A DNA stretch of 64,000 nucleotides from NCBI GenBank assembly GCA_963729625.1, contig CAVSOU010000011.1, positions 672,001 to 736,000 of the forward strand, read 5' to 3'. Source of the DNA: an uncultured bacterium (GTDB lineage Bacteria > Chloroflexota > UBA5177 > JANWHV01). Within the stretch, counting starts at the first letter, position 1, and each line of letters begins with the position of its first letter. The translations under genes were made by a program, and so were the position numbers. Below, piece by piece: positions 20,251 through 31,369 of the stretch. The notes under the pieces were generated by a model that was given only the letters and a program-made list of their open reading frames with translations, was not told the DNA's origin and made no database searches.

Positions 20251-23200
20251 ATGACGGCGAATATGCCGGCCGTGCGTGTCACGTACAACCAGCAGTATCG
20301 GCGGTGTGGCCGGCCTGGCTGCCCATCCTGTGGCGATGGCGGGCCTGGCCACGGACCCTACTGGTACATGCATTGGCGCGACGGTGGCGGCCGGCTGCGT
20401 TCGCGTTACCTCGGCAAGTATCTACCGGCACACCTGACCGGCACCGGCGCTCTAGGCGCGACGGACGTTCCTGGACTCGCCGGTCGCACTTCTGCCGCAA
20501 CTGCTGAGCAGGCAGCGGTTGAGACCGCGAATCCAGCGCTGCGCGTACGCACCCTCGGCGGTTTCGAGGTGTGGCGCGGTGTGACCGCGCTCTCGCCACG
20601 ACTGCGACGGCAGCGGAACGAGGCTGCGCTCCTCAAGCACCTGCTCGGCGCGCCGGGCTACCAACTCTCGCGCGAGCAGGTGCAGGACCTCCTCTGGCCC
20701 GATGCCGATGTGGCGAAGGGTGCCGGCCACCTGCGCACGACACTGCACCGGCTGCGGCGCCTGCTGCGCGATCCCTTATCCGGAGAAACCTACATCCATG
20801 CGGAAGGCGATCTGCTCATGCTGCGGCCGTCCGGCAAGGCGGAGCCGGCGTCTGGCTGGCTGGACGCTGCGACGTTTGAGGATGCAGCGGGCACGGCCCT
20901 GCGCGCTGAGGACGCGTCCGCGTGCCGGGCCGCGCTCGCTTGCTACCTGGGCGACTATCTGCCCAGCGACGCCGAGGACCACTGGGCTCTCGCGCGGCGC
21001 GAGGCGCTGCGGGTGCACTACCTCGCCGTGCTACTGCACCTGGCCGACCTTGCCGGTGCGCACGGGGAGGCAGAGGAGGCCGAACAGCGCTTGCGTACGG
21101 TGTTGCGCGTGGACCCTTGCCACGAGGAGGCCGCTGCGCGCCTCATGGGCGTGCTCGCAGCCGCAGACCGTGCTGTGGAAGCCTTGCGCGTATACCGCGA
21201 GCTGGCTGCGGCCCTCAGGCGGGACTTAGATGCAGCTCCTTCAGCCGACGTGGAGGCTGTGCGTGCGGCGTGCATCGCGCGGCTCGAGGCGCCACTCGCC
21301 ACTGCAATATCGGTGCACCCGGCAGCACCATCACGCCCGACGAACCTTCCACAGGCCTTGACAAGTTTTGTCGGCAGGACCGACGAACAGGACGAGATTC
21401 GCCGCTTACTGGTCGAGTTTCGTCTGCTCACGCTCGCCGGCCCGGGCGGCTGCGGGAAGACACGCCTGGCCGTGCAGGTAGGGGAGGGCCTGGTGGATGC
21501 CTATCAGGACGGCGTATGGCTCGTGCAGCTGGGTGCGTTGCCGGCCGGTGAGCACGACCGCGCGCTCGTGCCCAGGGCGGTGGCGCGTGCGCTCGGTGTG
21601 CAGGAGCAGCTCGGAGAGGCTCTGGCGACGACGCTGACGGCCTTCCTGGCACCGCGGCGGCTGCTGCTGGTCCTCGACAACTGCGAGCACCTGCTGGTGT
21701 CGTGCGCTGCCCTGACGCTCGACGCTGCTGGCAGCCTGCCGCCAGCTCCAGGTCCTGATCACCAGTCGCGAGCCGCTCGGCGTACCAGGCGAGATGCTCT
21801 TCGTCGTGCCCTCGCTCGCCGTTCCACCTGCAGATGTGCGGCCGAACGTTCTGCTCGAGTACGAGGCTGCTGCCCTCTTCCTGTCTCGCGCCAGGGACAG
21901 GAGAGGCGTCCCGGTGGAGGCATCAACCGCCCGCGCCATCGCCGGCATTTGCCGGCGTCTCGAGGGGCTGCCCCTGGCCATCGAGCTGGCGGCGGCGCGC
22001 ACGAGCGTGCTGCCCGTCGAGGCCTTAGCCGCTCGTCTGGACGACAGTTTTCGTGTGCTTGGTGCCGGCCCGCGCACCGCCTTGCCGCGGCAGCGCACGC
22101 TGTGGGCCACGCTCGATTGGAGCATGGCGCTGCTCGCCGAACGGGAGCGCCTGATGCTGCGCCGGCTTGCCGTGTTCGCCGGCGGCTGGAGTCTGGAGGC
22201 TGCGGAGGCGGCGTGCCCCGACAGCGCTTCCCAGCGGTCGGCGTCGACGAACACTTGTGTTACCGCCGACGAGGTGCTCGACCTGCTCGGCGCATTGGTG
22301 AGCAAGTCCCTGGTCCTCCTCGAGGTCACGAGCAACGAAGCGCGCTATCGCCTCCTCGAGCCGATCCGCCAGTATGCGGCAGAGGCGCTGGAAGCTGCCG
22401 GCGAGCGTGCCGTGCTCAATGACCGGCATCTGGATTGGTGTGCCTGCTTGGCCGAGCGAGCCGAGCCGGCGCTGTGGGGCGGGCCGGAGCAACAACATTG
22501 GCTGGCGCGGCTCGAGCGCGAGCACGACAATTGCCGCGCTGCGCTGCGCTGGGCGCAGGCGGCCAGGACGCACAGAGCGCGGCCTCCGACTCGCCGGCGC
22601 CCTGCGCCGCTTCTGGGACGTACGCGGCTATCGCGCGGAGGGCTACGAGTGGCTGAACTCGCTCCAGCAGGCTGCGGAGGACGACCAGGCAGTGACACCT
22701 GCGACGCGGGCCAAGGCACTCGTCGCCGCCGCGGTCCTGGCCTACGGGCTGAACAAGTATGACCAAGCGACCGTCCGTGCCGAGCAGGGCGGCGGGCTGT
22801 GCCGGGAACTCGGCGATCGAGAAGGCCTGGGCGATGCCCTCAACGTCCTCGGTATGGTCGCCAGTGACCGGGAGGACCTGGAAAGTGCGGTCCGGTCGTA
22901 CACCGAAGCGCTGGCGCTTTACAGGTCCCTCGGGATGCCGCGCCGCATCGCGGCGATAGCCTGCAACCTGGGCAACGTCGCCTTCTTCCGTGGCGACTAC
23001 CTCGAGGCCATTGCGCGCTATGAGGACGCAGCAGGTCTGTTTCGCGCGCTCGGAGACGCCATTGCCCTCGCGTCCACCCTGTCCAACTTGGGCGCGGCGC
23101 TGAACATGCAAGGTGACCTCGCGCGTGCCAAGGATGTCTTGCAGGAGAGCGTGCGCACTGCGCAGCACGCGGGTGCCGTCGCGGAGGCAAGCATGGCGCT

Positions 23201-23612
23201 CGGCAATCTCGCCGACGTCCTGCTGCTTCTCAACGACTCCGCCGGGGCGCTCGATCTGCTGCGGCAGAGCACGGCACTCATGCAGCGCAGCACCGACAAG
23301 CGCGGCACCGCCATCCTCTTGGGCAATCTCGCGGAGGCGCTGGCCGGTGTGGGGCAAGCCGGCCCCGCCGCTACGATCTGCGGCGCGGTCCTGGCCTACT
23401 GTACAGCAGCAGGCGTAGCCACGTCGAGCGCGGAATGGAGTGGACTGCGCCGAGCGCTGGAGCGTGCGCGCGCCCTGCTGGGCGAGTCTGGCTTCGCAAC
23501 AGCCCTCGCCAAGGGACGAAGACTGGCGCTCGACGAGGCGGTCGCGCTGGCGCTGGCCGGCCGCGACTCCTCCTGGGCGAACGCACAGCCCGGCGTTGCC
23601 GGTGAGCCATGA
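20251..23612 (+). pseudogene. AfsR/SARP-like regulator (DUF6788-like Zn finger, wHTH, BTAD, NB-ARC, TPR) split by two frameshifts
   Basis: CGRPGCPSC..GHGPYWY, LRVRTLGGFEV, BTAD, TNLPQALTSFVGR, GPGGCGKT, LDNCEHL; shift ~21720 to TSREPLG..LEGLPLAIELAAAR; shift ~22565 to the TPR frame. Confidence 0.88.
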
Positions 23613-23644
23613 CCTGGGGGCCATCGAACGGCCAGAAACGTCTA

Positions 23645-23677
23645 CGTGCACAAACGCGTGCTGGCCGTGCACAAACG
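23645..23677 (+). repeat. 12-bp perfect direct repeat, 21-bp period
   Basis: CGTGCACAAACG at 23645 and 23666. Confidence 0.8.
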
Positions 23678-23802
23678 GACTGGGCTGCTTTCTCTTGACC
23701 GCGACGTTGGCGCGCTGTAACGCCGCCGCGACGCCGCCAGCGTAGACTGGTTCTGCTTGGTGAAGTAGACGGCCGGGGCGCGGGCGTGCGAGGCAGGCGA
23801 CG

Positions 23803-24114
23803 GTGGGCAGTCACGAGTTGTTCATGCTGCGTGTCTGGCATCGGGCCAGTGCCCGCGATTACCCCTGGATCGGGAGGCTGGAGCATCTGCCCGACGGCAC
23901 GATCTGGATCGCCCGCAGTCCGCAAGACATGCTTGCGCTGCTCGCGCCTTTGCTCGAGAGTGGACTGACGGCGAGTGACAGGGTCGTCGAGGCCGGACGG
24001 CCGGAGCCGGTCGACGGTGAGACAGGCATGGACCAAGCCGCGGCGGGGTCAGAGGGTCGGCACAAACACGTCGATGCGTCCGTGCCGCAGGAGCACGGGA
24101 CGGTCGACAAGTGA
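23803..24114 (+). CDS. Small hypothetical protein
   Basis: FMLRVW...W.GRLEHLPDG pattern; GAGG RBS. Confidence 0.6.
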   Translation: MGSHELFMLRVWHRASARDYPWIGRLEHLPDGTIWIARSPQDMLALLAPLLESGLTASDRVVEAGRPEPVDGETGMDQAAAGSEGRHKHVDASVPQEHGTVDK

Positions 24115-24129
24115 AAGGAGCATGTTCCG

Positions 24130-24966
24130 ATGGCGCACACAATGGGAAGGTCGGGATGGCACGTCTGCGCATGCGCGGCCATGGCACTGCTCGCCGCGCT
24201 GGCATGCGCGCCTCTCGGCTCCACGGCAGGCAACGATTCCCGGCACGACACGGTGAAGGGGACAATCATGGGCGACGAGGAGATCCACACCACGTTGCGC
24301 TTCACCAGTTCGGGCGGCTCGCAGAAGAGGCTCACGACTGTGGACAAGACGCAGAAGGAAACCATTACCCTGACCGGTGCGGTCGACGCCGAGGGCGAGC
24401 GCGTGGGGCAGTACTCGGAGACCCTATCGTGGCAAAACATCGAAGTCACGGACGACAAGGAGAGTGCGTCTTGCAACGACCATAGCTACACGTACTGGCG
24501 CAAGACGGTCGCCAAGGTCATAATGACCGGCACGTTCGCGGGCAAGGCGGCGCTCTCATTCACAGCGAGCGACCCCCAGGGACCCACGTTCAAGCGAAGG
24601 TATGACGCGAACGTGTACTATCCCGGTGACAGCTCGATCGATGTGCGGGAAGAGTCGCAGACAATTGTCAGCGGTAATCCGTGCGAAAAGAGCCCAACCA
24701 AGAGCCCCTCGCTCGTCTCTTACTCGAAGTTTTTCCACGAAGTCCTTGGTCTTGGTCTGTTCGGCGTGGGGTCTCAGGCGTTTTACCACACGGGCCCATG
24801 CAAGGAGTCCTGTGCCTTGACCGGAAAAGTGATCCGGATGGACACCGATAAGGTGCCGAAGGGCGGCACAGGCACCGCCTACACGTCGGTGCAATGGAAT
24901 CTGAAATACACATACGTGGAGCCATTGGCCCCGCTCACTAAAGGCACGGGCGGATCCAAGCGTTAG
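24130..24966 (+). CDS. Secreted hypothetical protein (beta-rich, Thr/Lys-rich)
   Basis: RBS AAAGGAG; signal peptide; GC3-biased coding. Confidence 0.78.
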   Translation: MAHTMGRSGWHVCACAAMALLAALACAPLGSTAGNDSRHDTVKGTIMGDEEIHTTLRFTSSGGSQKRLTTVDKTQKETITLTGAVDAEGERVGQYSETLSWQNIEVTDDKESASCNDHSYTYWRKTVAKVIMTGTFAGKAALSFTASDPQGPTFKRRYDANVYYPGDSSIDVREESQTIVSGNPCEKSPTKSPSLVSYSKFFHEVLGLGLFGVGSQAFYHTGPCKESCALTGKVIRMDTDKVPKGGTGTAYTSVQWNLKYTYVEPLAPLTKGTGGSKR

Positions 24967-25016
24967 GACATCGACGAGAGATCGTCGTGAAGGGCTGGGA
25001 AGGAGGGATCGCTCGT

Positions 25017-25229
25017 GTGACGTACAGGGTTATGCCGCGGATGGTCGCAGCCATCGTGGTCACCGCATCGGTCGTCGCGCTGCCGGCGCGGGGCACTGTA
25101 CTCGGGTCGGCACCGGGCAGTTCCCCCGTCGTGGTCAACAACTCGATCGGTGCCGCCCATCTCGGCCCACCGACCGCTAGCGCACAGGTCGCGGTGCTGG
25201 GCTCAGGCGCCACTACCGGCAAACACTAG
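25017..25229 (+). CDS. Small secreted protein or truncated secreted gene
   Basis: RBS AAGGAGG; hydrophobic signal MVAAIVVTASVVALPA. Confidence 0.45.
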   Translation: MTYRVMPRMVAAIVVTASVVALPARGTVLGSAPGSSPVVVNNSIGAAHLGPPTASAQVAVLGSGATTGKH

Positions 25230-25250
25230 GAAGAAGGGAGATCGGCAGCA

Positions 25251-27053
25251 ATGATGACCAATAGGCTTCTCATCCCCATGGTCCGGCTCGCATGCTTTGC
25301 CGCTCTCGTGATCGGCTCGGCCGGCGTGGCTCGGCCGGCTTCCGCTCGCGGCCTCAGCCTGCAACTCCTGTCTGGCAACACCGCCACGGAGGGTGTCGGC
25401 GGCGTCTACACCTGGGGCCTCAACCTCCAGGGTCAGGTCGGCAAGGGAACTACCGATCCGCAGCTCAGCCCGCTGCACGTGACTCTCGACCCAAACGACG
25501 CCAGCGTCAAGGCGGTCTCCGTCTCGGCTGGGGGCTACCACAGCCTGGCGTTGGACAGCAACGGCAAGGTCTACGCCTGGGGCGGGGACAGCTGGGGCGA
25601 GCTGGGCGACGGGGGCTCGGGGTATCAGAAGAGCCCGGTGAAGATAAAACTCGATGCCGGCGTCAAGGTGGTCGCCGTGTCCGCTGGGTATACGCACAGC
25701 TTGGCGCTGGATAGCAGCGGTAGGGTCTACGCCTGGGGTGACGACCACTACGGGGAGCTTGGCAAGCTTGACCCGGGCCAGCTGATCAGAACTCCAGTAG
25801 CCGTGAGCCTCCCCGTCGCCGCCCGCGCTGTCTCCGCCGGGTACGGCTACAGCCTGGTGGTGGGCAGTGACGGCAAGGTCTACGCCTGGGGCGCCGACGA
25901 CTATGGCCAGCTTGGCGACGGAAGCCTGCGGTCGTTCACCAGCAGCCCCGTGGCGGTGAGCCTCGACCCCAGTAATCCGACGGTGAAGGCCATCGCGGTC
26001 TCTGCCGGGGACTGCTACAGCCTGGCGATGAGCGGCGACGGCAAGATCTACGCTTGGGGCGACAATCGCCGTGGCCAACTCGGTGATGGGACGGCGAGCG
26101 CATCGCCCCAACTCACGCCGAAGCACGTGAGCCTCGTCCCCGGCGACAAGGTCACCGCGGTCGCCGTTTCCGCCGGGCAGGATCCCCTCAAGTACGGGCA
26201 CAGCCTGGCGGTGGGCAGCGACGGTCGGGTCTACGCCTGGGGCGACAATCAATATGGCCAGCTGGGTAACGGGACGGCGAGCGGGTCGCCCCAGCCCAAC
26301 CCCCTACCCGTGAACCTCGCCAACGGTTTCACCATGGTTGGTGTCTCCGCCGGGGAACGGTTCAGCCTCGCCGTGAGCAGCGACGGAAAGGCCTACACCT
26401 GGGGCTGGAACCACTATGGCCAGCTCGGCGACGGGGTGGCGAGCGAAACGCTGCAACCCACGCCGGTAGCGGTGGACCTTCCCGGCTACCCCCAGGTCAC
26501 CGCCGTCGCGGTCTCCGCTGGGGGCGGCCAAAGCCTGGCCCTGAGCGGAACCATCGCGCCGGCACCGGTGCACATTCCGACCAGTGCGCCAAGCCCCACG
26601 TCCAAGCCGATCAGCGTGCCGACCTTCACGTCGACACCTGTTCGTGCTGCGACCAGCAGGCCGACGTCCACGTCGATGCCGGTCAGCAGGCCGACCAATA
26701 CGCCGACATCCACACCCAGTGCGCGCCCACAGGGCTACACCATTCCTCTGTACCCATTCACGAAAGCTGTGCTTCCGGCAGGGGGTACCGTTTCCTTCGT
26801 TTGGGACAAGTTTTCGGGTGCCGCTGGCTACATCCTCTCGGTCCGGCTGGTCAAGCAGAGCGGACATACCCGTATCCGAGCGAACAGCAGGGTCTCGTTC
26901 TCAGTCCTTGTCTATGGACAACTCTCATACGCCTGGGATGATCGGCAATTCCTCCCAGGAGATTACCAATGCGAATTGGTGCCCATCGACGAGTATGGCA
27001 ACGCCCTCGCGCCGGGTGATTCAGCCCGATTCAGTCTCGTGAACTCCCGCTAA
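25251..27053 (+). CDS. Secreted RCC1/BLIP-II repeat beta-propeller with Pro/Thr linker
   Basis: Seven repeats of VSAG..HSLA..SDG.VYAWG.N.YGQLG; signal peptide. Confidence 0.93.
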   Translation: MMTNRLLIPMVRLACFAALVIGSAGVARPASARGLSLQLLSGNTATEGVGGVYTWGLNLQGQVGKGTTDPQLSPLHVTLDPNDASVKAVSVSAGGYHSLALDSNGKVYAWGGDSWGELGDGGSGYQKSPVKIKLDAGVKVVAVSAGYTHSLALDSSGRVYAWGDDHYGELGKLDPGQLIRTPVAVSLPVAARAVSAGYGYSLVVGSDGKVYAWGADDYGQLGDGSLRSFTSSPVAVSLDPSNPTVKAIAVSAGDCYSLAMSGDGKIYAWGDNRRGQLGDGTASASPQLTPKHVSLVPGDKVTAVAVSAGQDPLKYGHSLAVGSDGRVYAWGDNQYGQLGNGTASGSPQPNPLPVNLANGFTMVGVSAGERFSLAVSSDGKAYTWGWNHYGQLGDGVASETLQPTPVAVDLPGYPQVTAVAVSAGGGQSLALSGTIAPAPVHIPTSAPSPTSKPISVPTFTSTPVRAATSRPTSTSMPVSRPTNTPTSTPSARPQGYTIPLYPFTKAVLPAGGTVSFVWDKFSGAAGYILSVRLVKQSGHTRIRANSRVSFSVLVYGQLSYAWDDRQFLPGDYQCELVPIDEYGNALAPGDSARFSLVNSR

Positions 27054-27193
27054 TGTGCCTTGTCGCCTGAAGTTCGCGCAGGTTCCCGTTCGTGACGATA
27101 GCGTCGACGGAGGTTGGCGACCGTGAAGGCCGCGTGGCAGCACACGATAGCATAGCGAGCCGGCTTAGGCACATACTGGAGGGAGGTGAACCA

Positions 27194-28444
27194 ATGGATC
27201 GGAAGCCTTTGATCCGGATCGTGGCCATCGTCCTACTGGCATCGTCGCTGCCGATAGCGCATCCGACCAGAGCGGGGAGTGCCGGTCTCGGCAACGCCAG
27301 TCTTCTGGCGGCGCATACCGCCGCCGCGCCGCGCACCAGCAGCGCGATTGGGAGTGACGTGACGGCAGTCGCGCCGGGCACGGTGGTCTGGACCTCCGGC
27401 AAACGCTCGTTTCAGCCGCAAAACGGTCCAGACACGCTTACGAACACCTTTACGGCCAGTGGGCAGGCCTATCTGCTCACCGTGGCGCTCAGCAGCGGCG
27501 ACAGCGCCGACAAGGCCGATTTCTCATTTGGCGACCTGAACAGGGGTGACCAGCAGAGCCTGTGGGTGCAGAGCGGCGAGCAACGCCACTTCTACCTCGC
27601 GCACTTCCAAGCGGGATCCATGCCCCCGCTCACGGTCGAGTCGAGCGCCGATGGCGGGCGGACGCTGACCTACGTCGTGACCGTGGAGACCCTGCCGAAC
27701 ACGCCGGCCAGCTTCCAGGGAACGATGATGGCGACGAACAATTTCGACGTCATTGCCTTGAACGTCGCCGCCGCGGGCACCTACACGCTGCACTTTAGCC
27801 TTGGCAGCAGCACGTTCGTGATCACCATCGCGCCCGGCCTCGACTATGGATGGGACCCGGACAAAAGCACCGACACCGGACGGACCACCGGCGATGGCGC
27901 TATCGCGGTCAAGCTTGTCGCAGGGCCGACCAAGTTGATGGTGAGTCCTTTTGAGAAAGGCGGCGCCTCAATGCCCTGGTCGCTGTCCCTCGCACCTGGC
28001 CTGCCCCCTGCCGCGCCCACGGGCACCGCAGCCCCCAGGCCCGCCGGCACACCGGCTCCGGCGCCCAACTTCTCCGGCAGGACCAGCCAGGGCGTGAAGA
28101 TCTCATTTTACCAGGCCGGATCCACGGTCAGCGGTCTGGCGACCTCTTTGAGCGTGCTGTGCATCACCGGCTATCCGGCGTCCGGGAGTATGATCGAGAT
28201 GTTCCCGTTCGCACCACGCGCTGTCGCGAAGATCGCCAACCACCAGTTCACGCTTAAGATACCGACCAAGAGCAAGGGCAGGTTCGCCACGCTTGCCGGC
28301 GCGATTCATGGGCAGACGGCAAGTGGCACCCTGACGGTCTACTACGACAGGAGTGCCAACGTCTATGGCTCCGGCACCGGCAACTTCGTGCTCACTGTGT
28401 ACGCATGCCAAGCGAAAACGACATGGATCGCCCAGCAGCACTGA
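27194..28444 (+). CDS. Secreted hypothetical protein, two domains joined by a Pro/Ala linker
   Basis: RBS GGAGGTG; signal peptide MDRKPLIRIVAIVLLASSL. Confidence 0.78.
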   Translation: MDRKPLIRIVAIVLLASSLPIAHPTRAGSAGLGNASLLAAHTAAAPRTSSAIGSDVTAVAPGTVVWTSGKRSFQPQNGPDTLTNTFTASGQAYLLTVALSSGDSADKADFSFGDLNRGDQQSLWVQSGEQRHFYLAHFQAGSMPPLTVESSADGGRTLTYVVTVETLPNTPASFQGTMMATNNFDVIALNVAAAGTYTLHFSLGSSTFVITIAPGLDYGWDPDKSTDTGRTTGDGAIAVKLVAGPTKLMVSPFEKGGASMPWSLSLAPGLPPAAPTGTAAPRPAGTPAPAPNFSGRTSQGVKISFYQAGSTVSGLATSLSVLCITGYPASGSMIEMFPFAPRAVAKIANHQFTLKIPTKSKGRFATLAGAIHGQTASGTLTVYYDRSANVYGSGTGNFVLTVYACQAKTTWIAQQH

Positions 28445-29088
28445 GTGCATGCACGTGCCTTCCTATCTTGCCGCACGGTGGGCTCCGTATGAATAGCCGA
28501 ATGGCCGGCCCCTCGGGGCGATTCTGAGCTGGCGCAGGGTGCCCACTGTGCCAGCATGGCCTGCGGGGTGCCAAAACAATGTTGTCCGACGCCGCGGGCG
28601 ATTGGAGAGACTGCCGATACGCGCGATGCTCTTCCGCCCACGCCGGTGCTCGTTGACGCCGCTTCATATAGCACGGCACGTCCCGCCAGCTCTCCCAGCG
28701 AACACGCGCACGGGGAACATGTGGGCTCTTGGTGCAAGGGCCTGGCGGGCCCGCTCGCCGGGCCGCAGCAGGGGAAACCCCAGGGCCGCTCTGCTACGAC
28801 ACCTGCGCACCCGCCACGAAGCCGCTTATCATGCCCCTTCCCACAATCCCGTAACCTCCGGAAAGGCCGTAGCCAGCCGGCACGGTGATCTGGAACCTGC
28901 CGTTCTGATCGGCATGGGCCACGCCGGCGTCCTCCCTCGCCGGCACGTTCGCGCGAGCCCCATAGTAGTACCGCAGGAACACATACTCATTGGGCTCGTA
29001 GCCGCCGCCTTCGGCAACGCTTGCAGCTGCATGGTAGATGGCGTCGATCCCGCCTTGCACAACTTGTCCCAGCGCTTATGCGCGCCAA

Positions 29089-29409
29089 CCGTTTTTGCAG
29101 CATGTTGTACACGGCGATGGAACTCAGCCACTCACCCATCACGGTGCCCCGCTGCGTGACCGGGAGGAAGAGCCGGCCCGGAGTCATGCCTCGCCGTGCC
29201 AACCGCGCTTCGAGTGCGGCGGCCGCGTTGGCGGTCAGAGGCACCATGCGTTCTTTGTCGCCCTTCCCGTGCCGCACGCGCAGGGACGGCGGCTCGGGGC
29301 TGTAGTCCCCAATCTCGACCGCCACCAGCTCGCTGCGCCGCAACCAGCCAATATAGAGGATCGCGAGGATGGCCAGGTCCCGCGCGCCGGCAGCGCCCGT
29401 ATCCCCCGG
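29089..29409 (-). pseudogene. Tyrosine recombinase/integrase fragment
   Basis: GARDLAILAILYIGWLRRSELVA..LRVRHGKGDKERMVPL. Lacks HxxR and the catalytic Tyr. Confidence 0.85.
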
Positions 29410-29517
29410 CTAAGATTCGAGGGCCGCGCCGTTTCGTGCAGGGATTCGCCAGCAACATCCACATAGGTGAGCAGGTCCATCCACCTTGCCGTGCACACCG
29501 CCTTGAGTATGCCCGGG

Positions 29518-31296
29518 TCAGACCACCGTGTAGGTGGTCTGGTAGGTCACGCTGTTCGGCAAGCTAAGTGCCATGATGCCGAACTGGTACTTGCCTGGTG
29601 CGACCGGCGAGCTCGCGACAATCGTGACCGTGTCTCCTTTCACGACCGGATCCTTCAGGTCTGCCGCGCCCTCTTCCGTGGGCTGACCAGACGCGTCAAG
29701 GCGGGACAACCCCACCTTGAGCTCGCTGTTCGGTGGCACGGCAGCCGCGAATGTAAGGACGATGGTCGGGGTTCTGGAAAGGCGCCCGCCGGGTGGGGGA
29801 CTGACCTGCACGATCGTAGGAAAGCTGCCGTTGATGTTGACGCCCGGCAAGCCACGCTTCGGCACAGCAGGCGTGCCGCCCGTCGACCGTGCAGCCTTCA
29901 CGGAGTACGTTGCCGTGTAAGAGACTTCCCCACCGGAGCTGCTGGTGGCGCCGATGTTGAGAGTGTAGTTTCCCGGTTGCAGGGTCTGGCCAGGCCCGAG
30001 AGCGACCGTGGCGGTGCTGCCGTGCACGACGGGATCCGAGATTGCTGCCTCGCCGGCCGGACCTTCGAGAAGGATGACGACGTGGGCGTGCGCGGGCAGC
30101 GGCCCCGCGAACGTGACGGCAACGGTCGGGCTGGGCGAGAGCACCGTGCCGGGAGCCGGAGCGACCTGCATGATGCTGGGAATGTTGCCTCTGCCTAGGG
30201 CGGGGAGCGAATCGGACGTGTCTGCACCGGCCGCGGCGTAGACGACGGTTGTCCCCATGTCGCCGCTTCCGAACATCACCTGCCGCGCGCCGCAGACTGA
30301 CAGGCCGACGGGGCCGGCGACAGCGGCGTCGGAGAACTGCTCTTCGACGGTCCTGTCTAATTCTGCTTTGGCAGCGTTCGGATTGATGCAGCGGCCGGTG
30401 TCGGTCGCGGTCTGCAACCCGCCCTTCGCAGTGAACACAATGTGTGCCCTTCCCAGCGTGCCGGCGTACGCAAGGGTGATCTGCCCGCTCGTGCCCGTAC
30501 TCAGGCCGGAGGCCGACAGCTCATCGGTCACGAAATGGCTCGAGGCTATGAGTCCGGAAGCGGCACCGTCGCTCGAGTCCACCGACATGGTGATTCTGGA
30601 CTCGCCGCCCGAAGTCGTGGCGCTCACTAGCAAGCCGCTCGAGTGGCCCAAGGCTTTCGCAGCGCTGACCGTCGTGGAGTAGATGGTCCGGCCCATGGAC
30701 ACAGATTCCTCGGGCAAGTGGACGTCCTGGCCGCTGTACAGGTCGAGCTTGGCGCCGCCGATACTCGCGCGCAGGGCTCCCTCGCAGGGAAGCGTGAGGT
30801 CGAGTTCGGCCTTGGCGCTGGCGACGGCGCGTGTGGCCGCCTGCGCCGGTGTGCCAGCGCACGGATCGGCTGGAACTAGGAACGGCGCCAGATGCGCCGC
30901 GTATGTCCATTGCGCACCGATGTGCCCGTACCGGCCCAAGTGGTCGTGCGTGTCCAGGCTTGCAGTGTTTGCGGCGACGGCAAGGTCGCTCGCGGGCACG
31001 CTGAACGTGTAGTCGCTGCCGGTCGCACCCGAGCGATCGGCGATCTCGATCGTGATCTCAACGATCTGATCGTCGCTGCCGCGGCGGACCTCAAGGGTCA
31101 CCGTGCGTGCTGCGCCGCTGTTCGCCGCGGTGACCGTAGTGGTGAGAGCTGTGGCAAAATCGCTGCGAAACAATGCAGGACCGGCGGCATGCGACAAGGA
31201 CGCCGCTCGGTACGCGAATGCGTTCACCGGCAGCAAGAGGCAGGCGACGGCGATGATCCCGAGGACCGTCGTGCCAGATGGTCTCAGAGTGGCCAT
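29518..31296 (-). CDS. Secreted protein with two C-terminal Ig-like (Big_5/CopC-fold-like) domains
   Basis: RBS AAAGGA; signal peptide; duplicated P.I.QV.P.PG..LS..PT...TFA...DPVV.G.T.T module. Confidence 0.8.
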   Translation of the reverse strand: MATLRPSGTTVLGIIAVACLLLPVNAFAYRAASLSHAAGPALFRSDFATALTTTVTAANSGAARTVTLEVRRGSDDQIVEITIEIADRSGATGSDYTFSVPASDLAVAANTASLDTHDHLGRYGHIGAQWTYAAHLAPFLVPADPCAGTPAQAATRAVASAKAELDLTLPCEGALRASIGGAKLDLYSGQDVHLPEESVSMGRTIYSTTVSAAKALGHSSGLLVSATTSGGESRITMSVDSSDGAASGLIASSHFVTDELSASGLSTGTSGQITLAYAGTLGRAHIVFTAKGGLQTATDTGRCINPNAAKAELDRTVEEQFSDAAVAGPVGLSVCGARQVMFGSGDMGTTVVYAAAGADTSDSLPALGRGNIPSIMQVAPAPGTVLSPSPTVAVTFAGPLPAHAHVVILLEGPAGEAAISDPVVHGSTATVALGPGQTLQPGNYTLNIGATSSSGGEVSYTATYSVKAARSTGGTPAVPKRGLPGVNINGSFPTIVQVSPPPGGRLSRTPTIVLTFAAAVPPNSELKVGLSRLDASGQPTEEGAADLKDPVVKGDTVTIVASSPVAPGKYQFGIMALSLPNSVTYQTTYTVV

Positions 31297-31369
31297 GTTG
31301 ATGTCCTTTCGCGGTTTCACGCAACGCGGGTGCTACACCCTCGTGGACACAGGCACGCCAGGTTCCGCA

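Noticed and set aside
25400-26550. Periodic nucleotide repeats (GTCTACGCCTGGGG..)
   Set aside because: Explained by RCC1 protein repeats. The repeats at 16140-16700 are likewise GLUG coding repeats.
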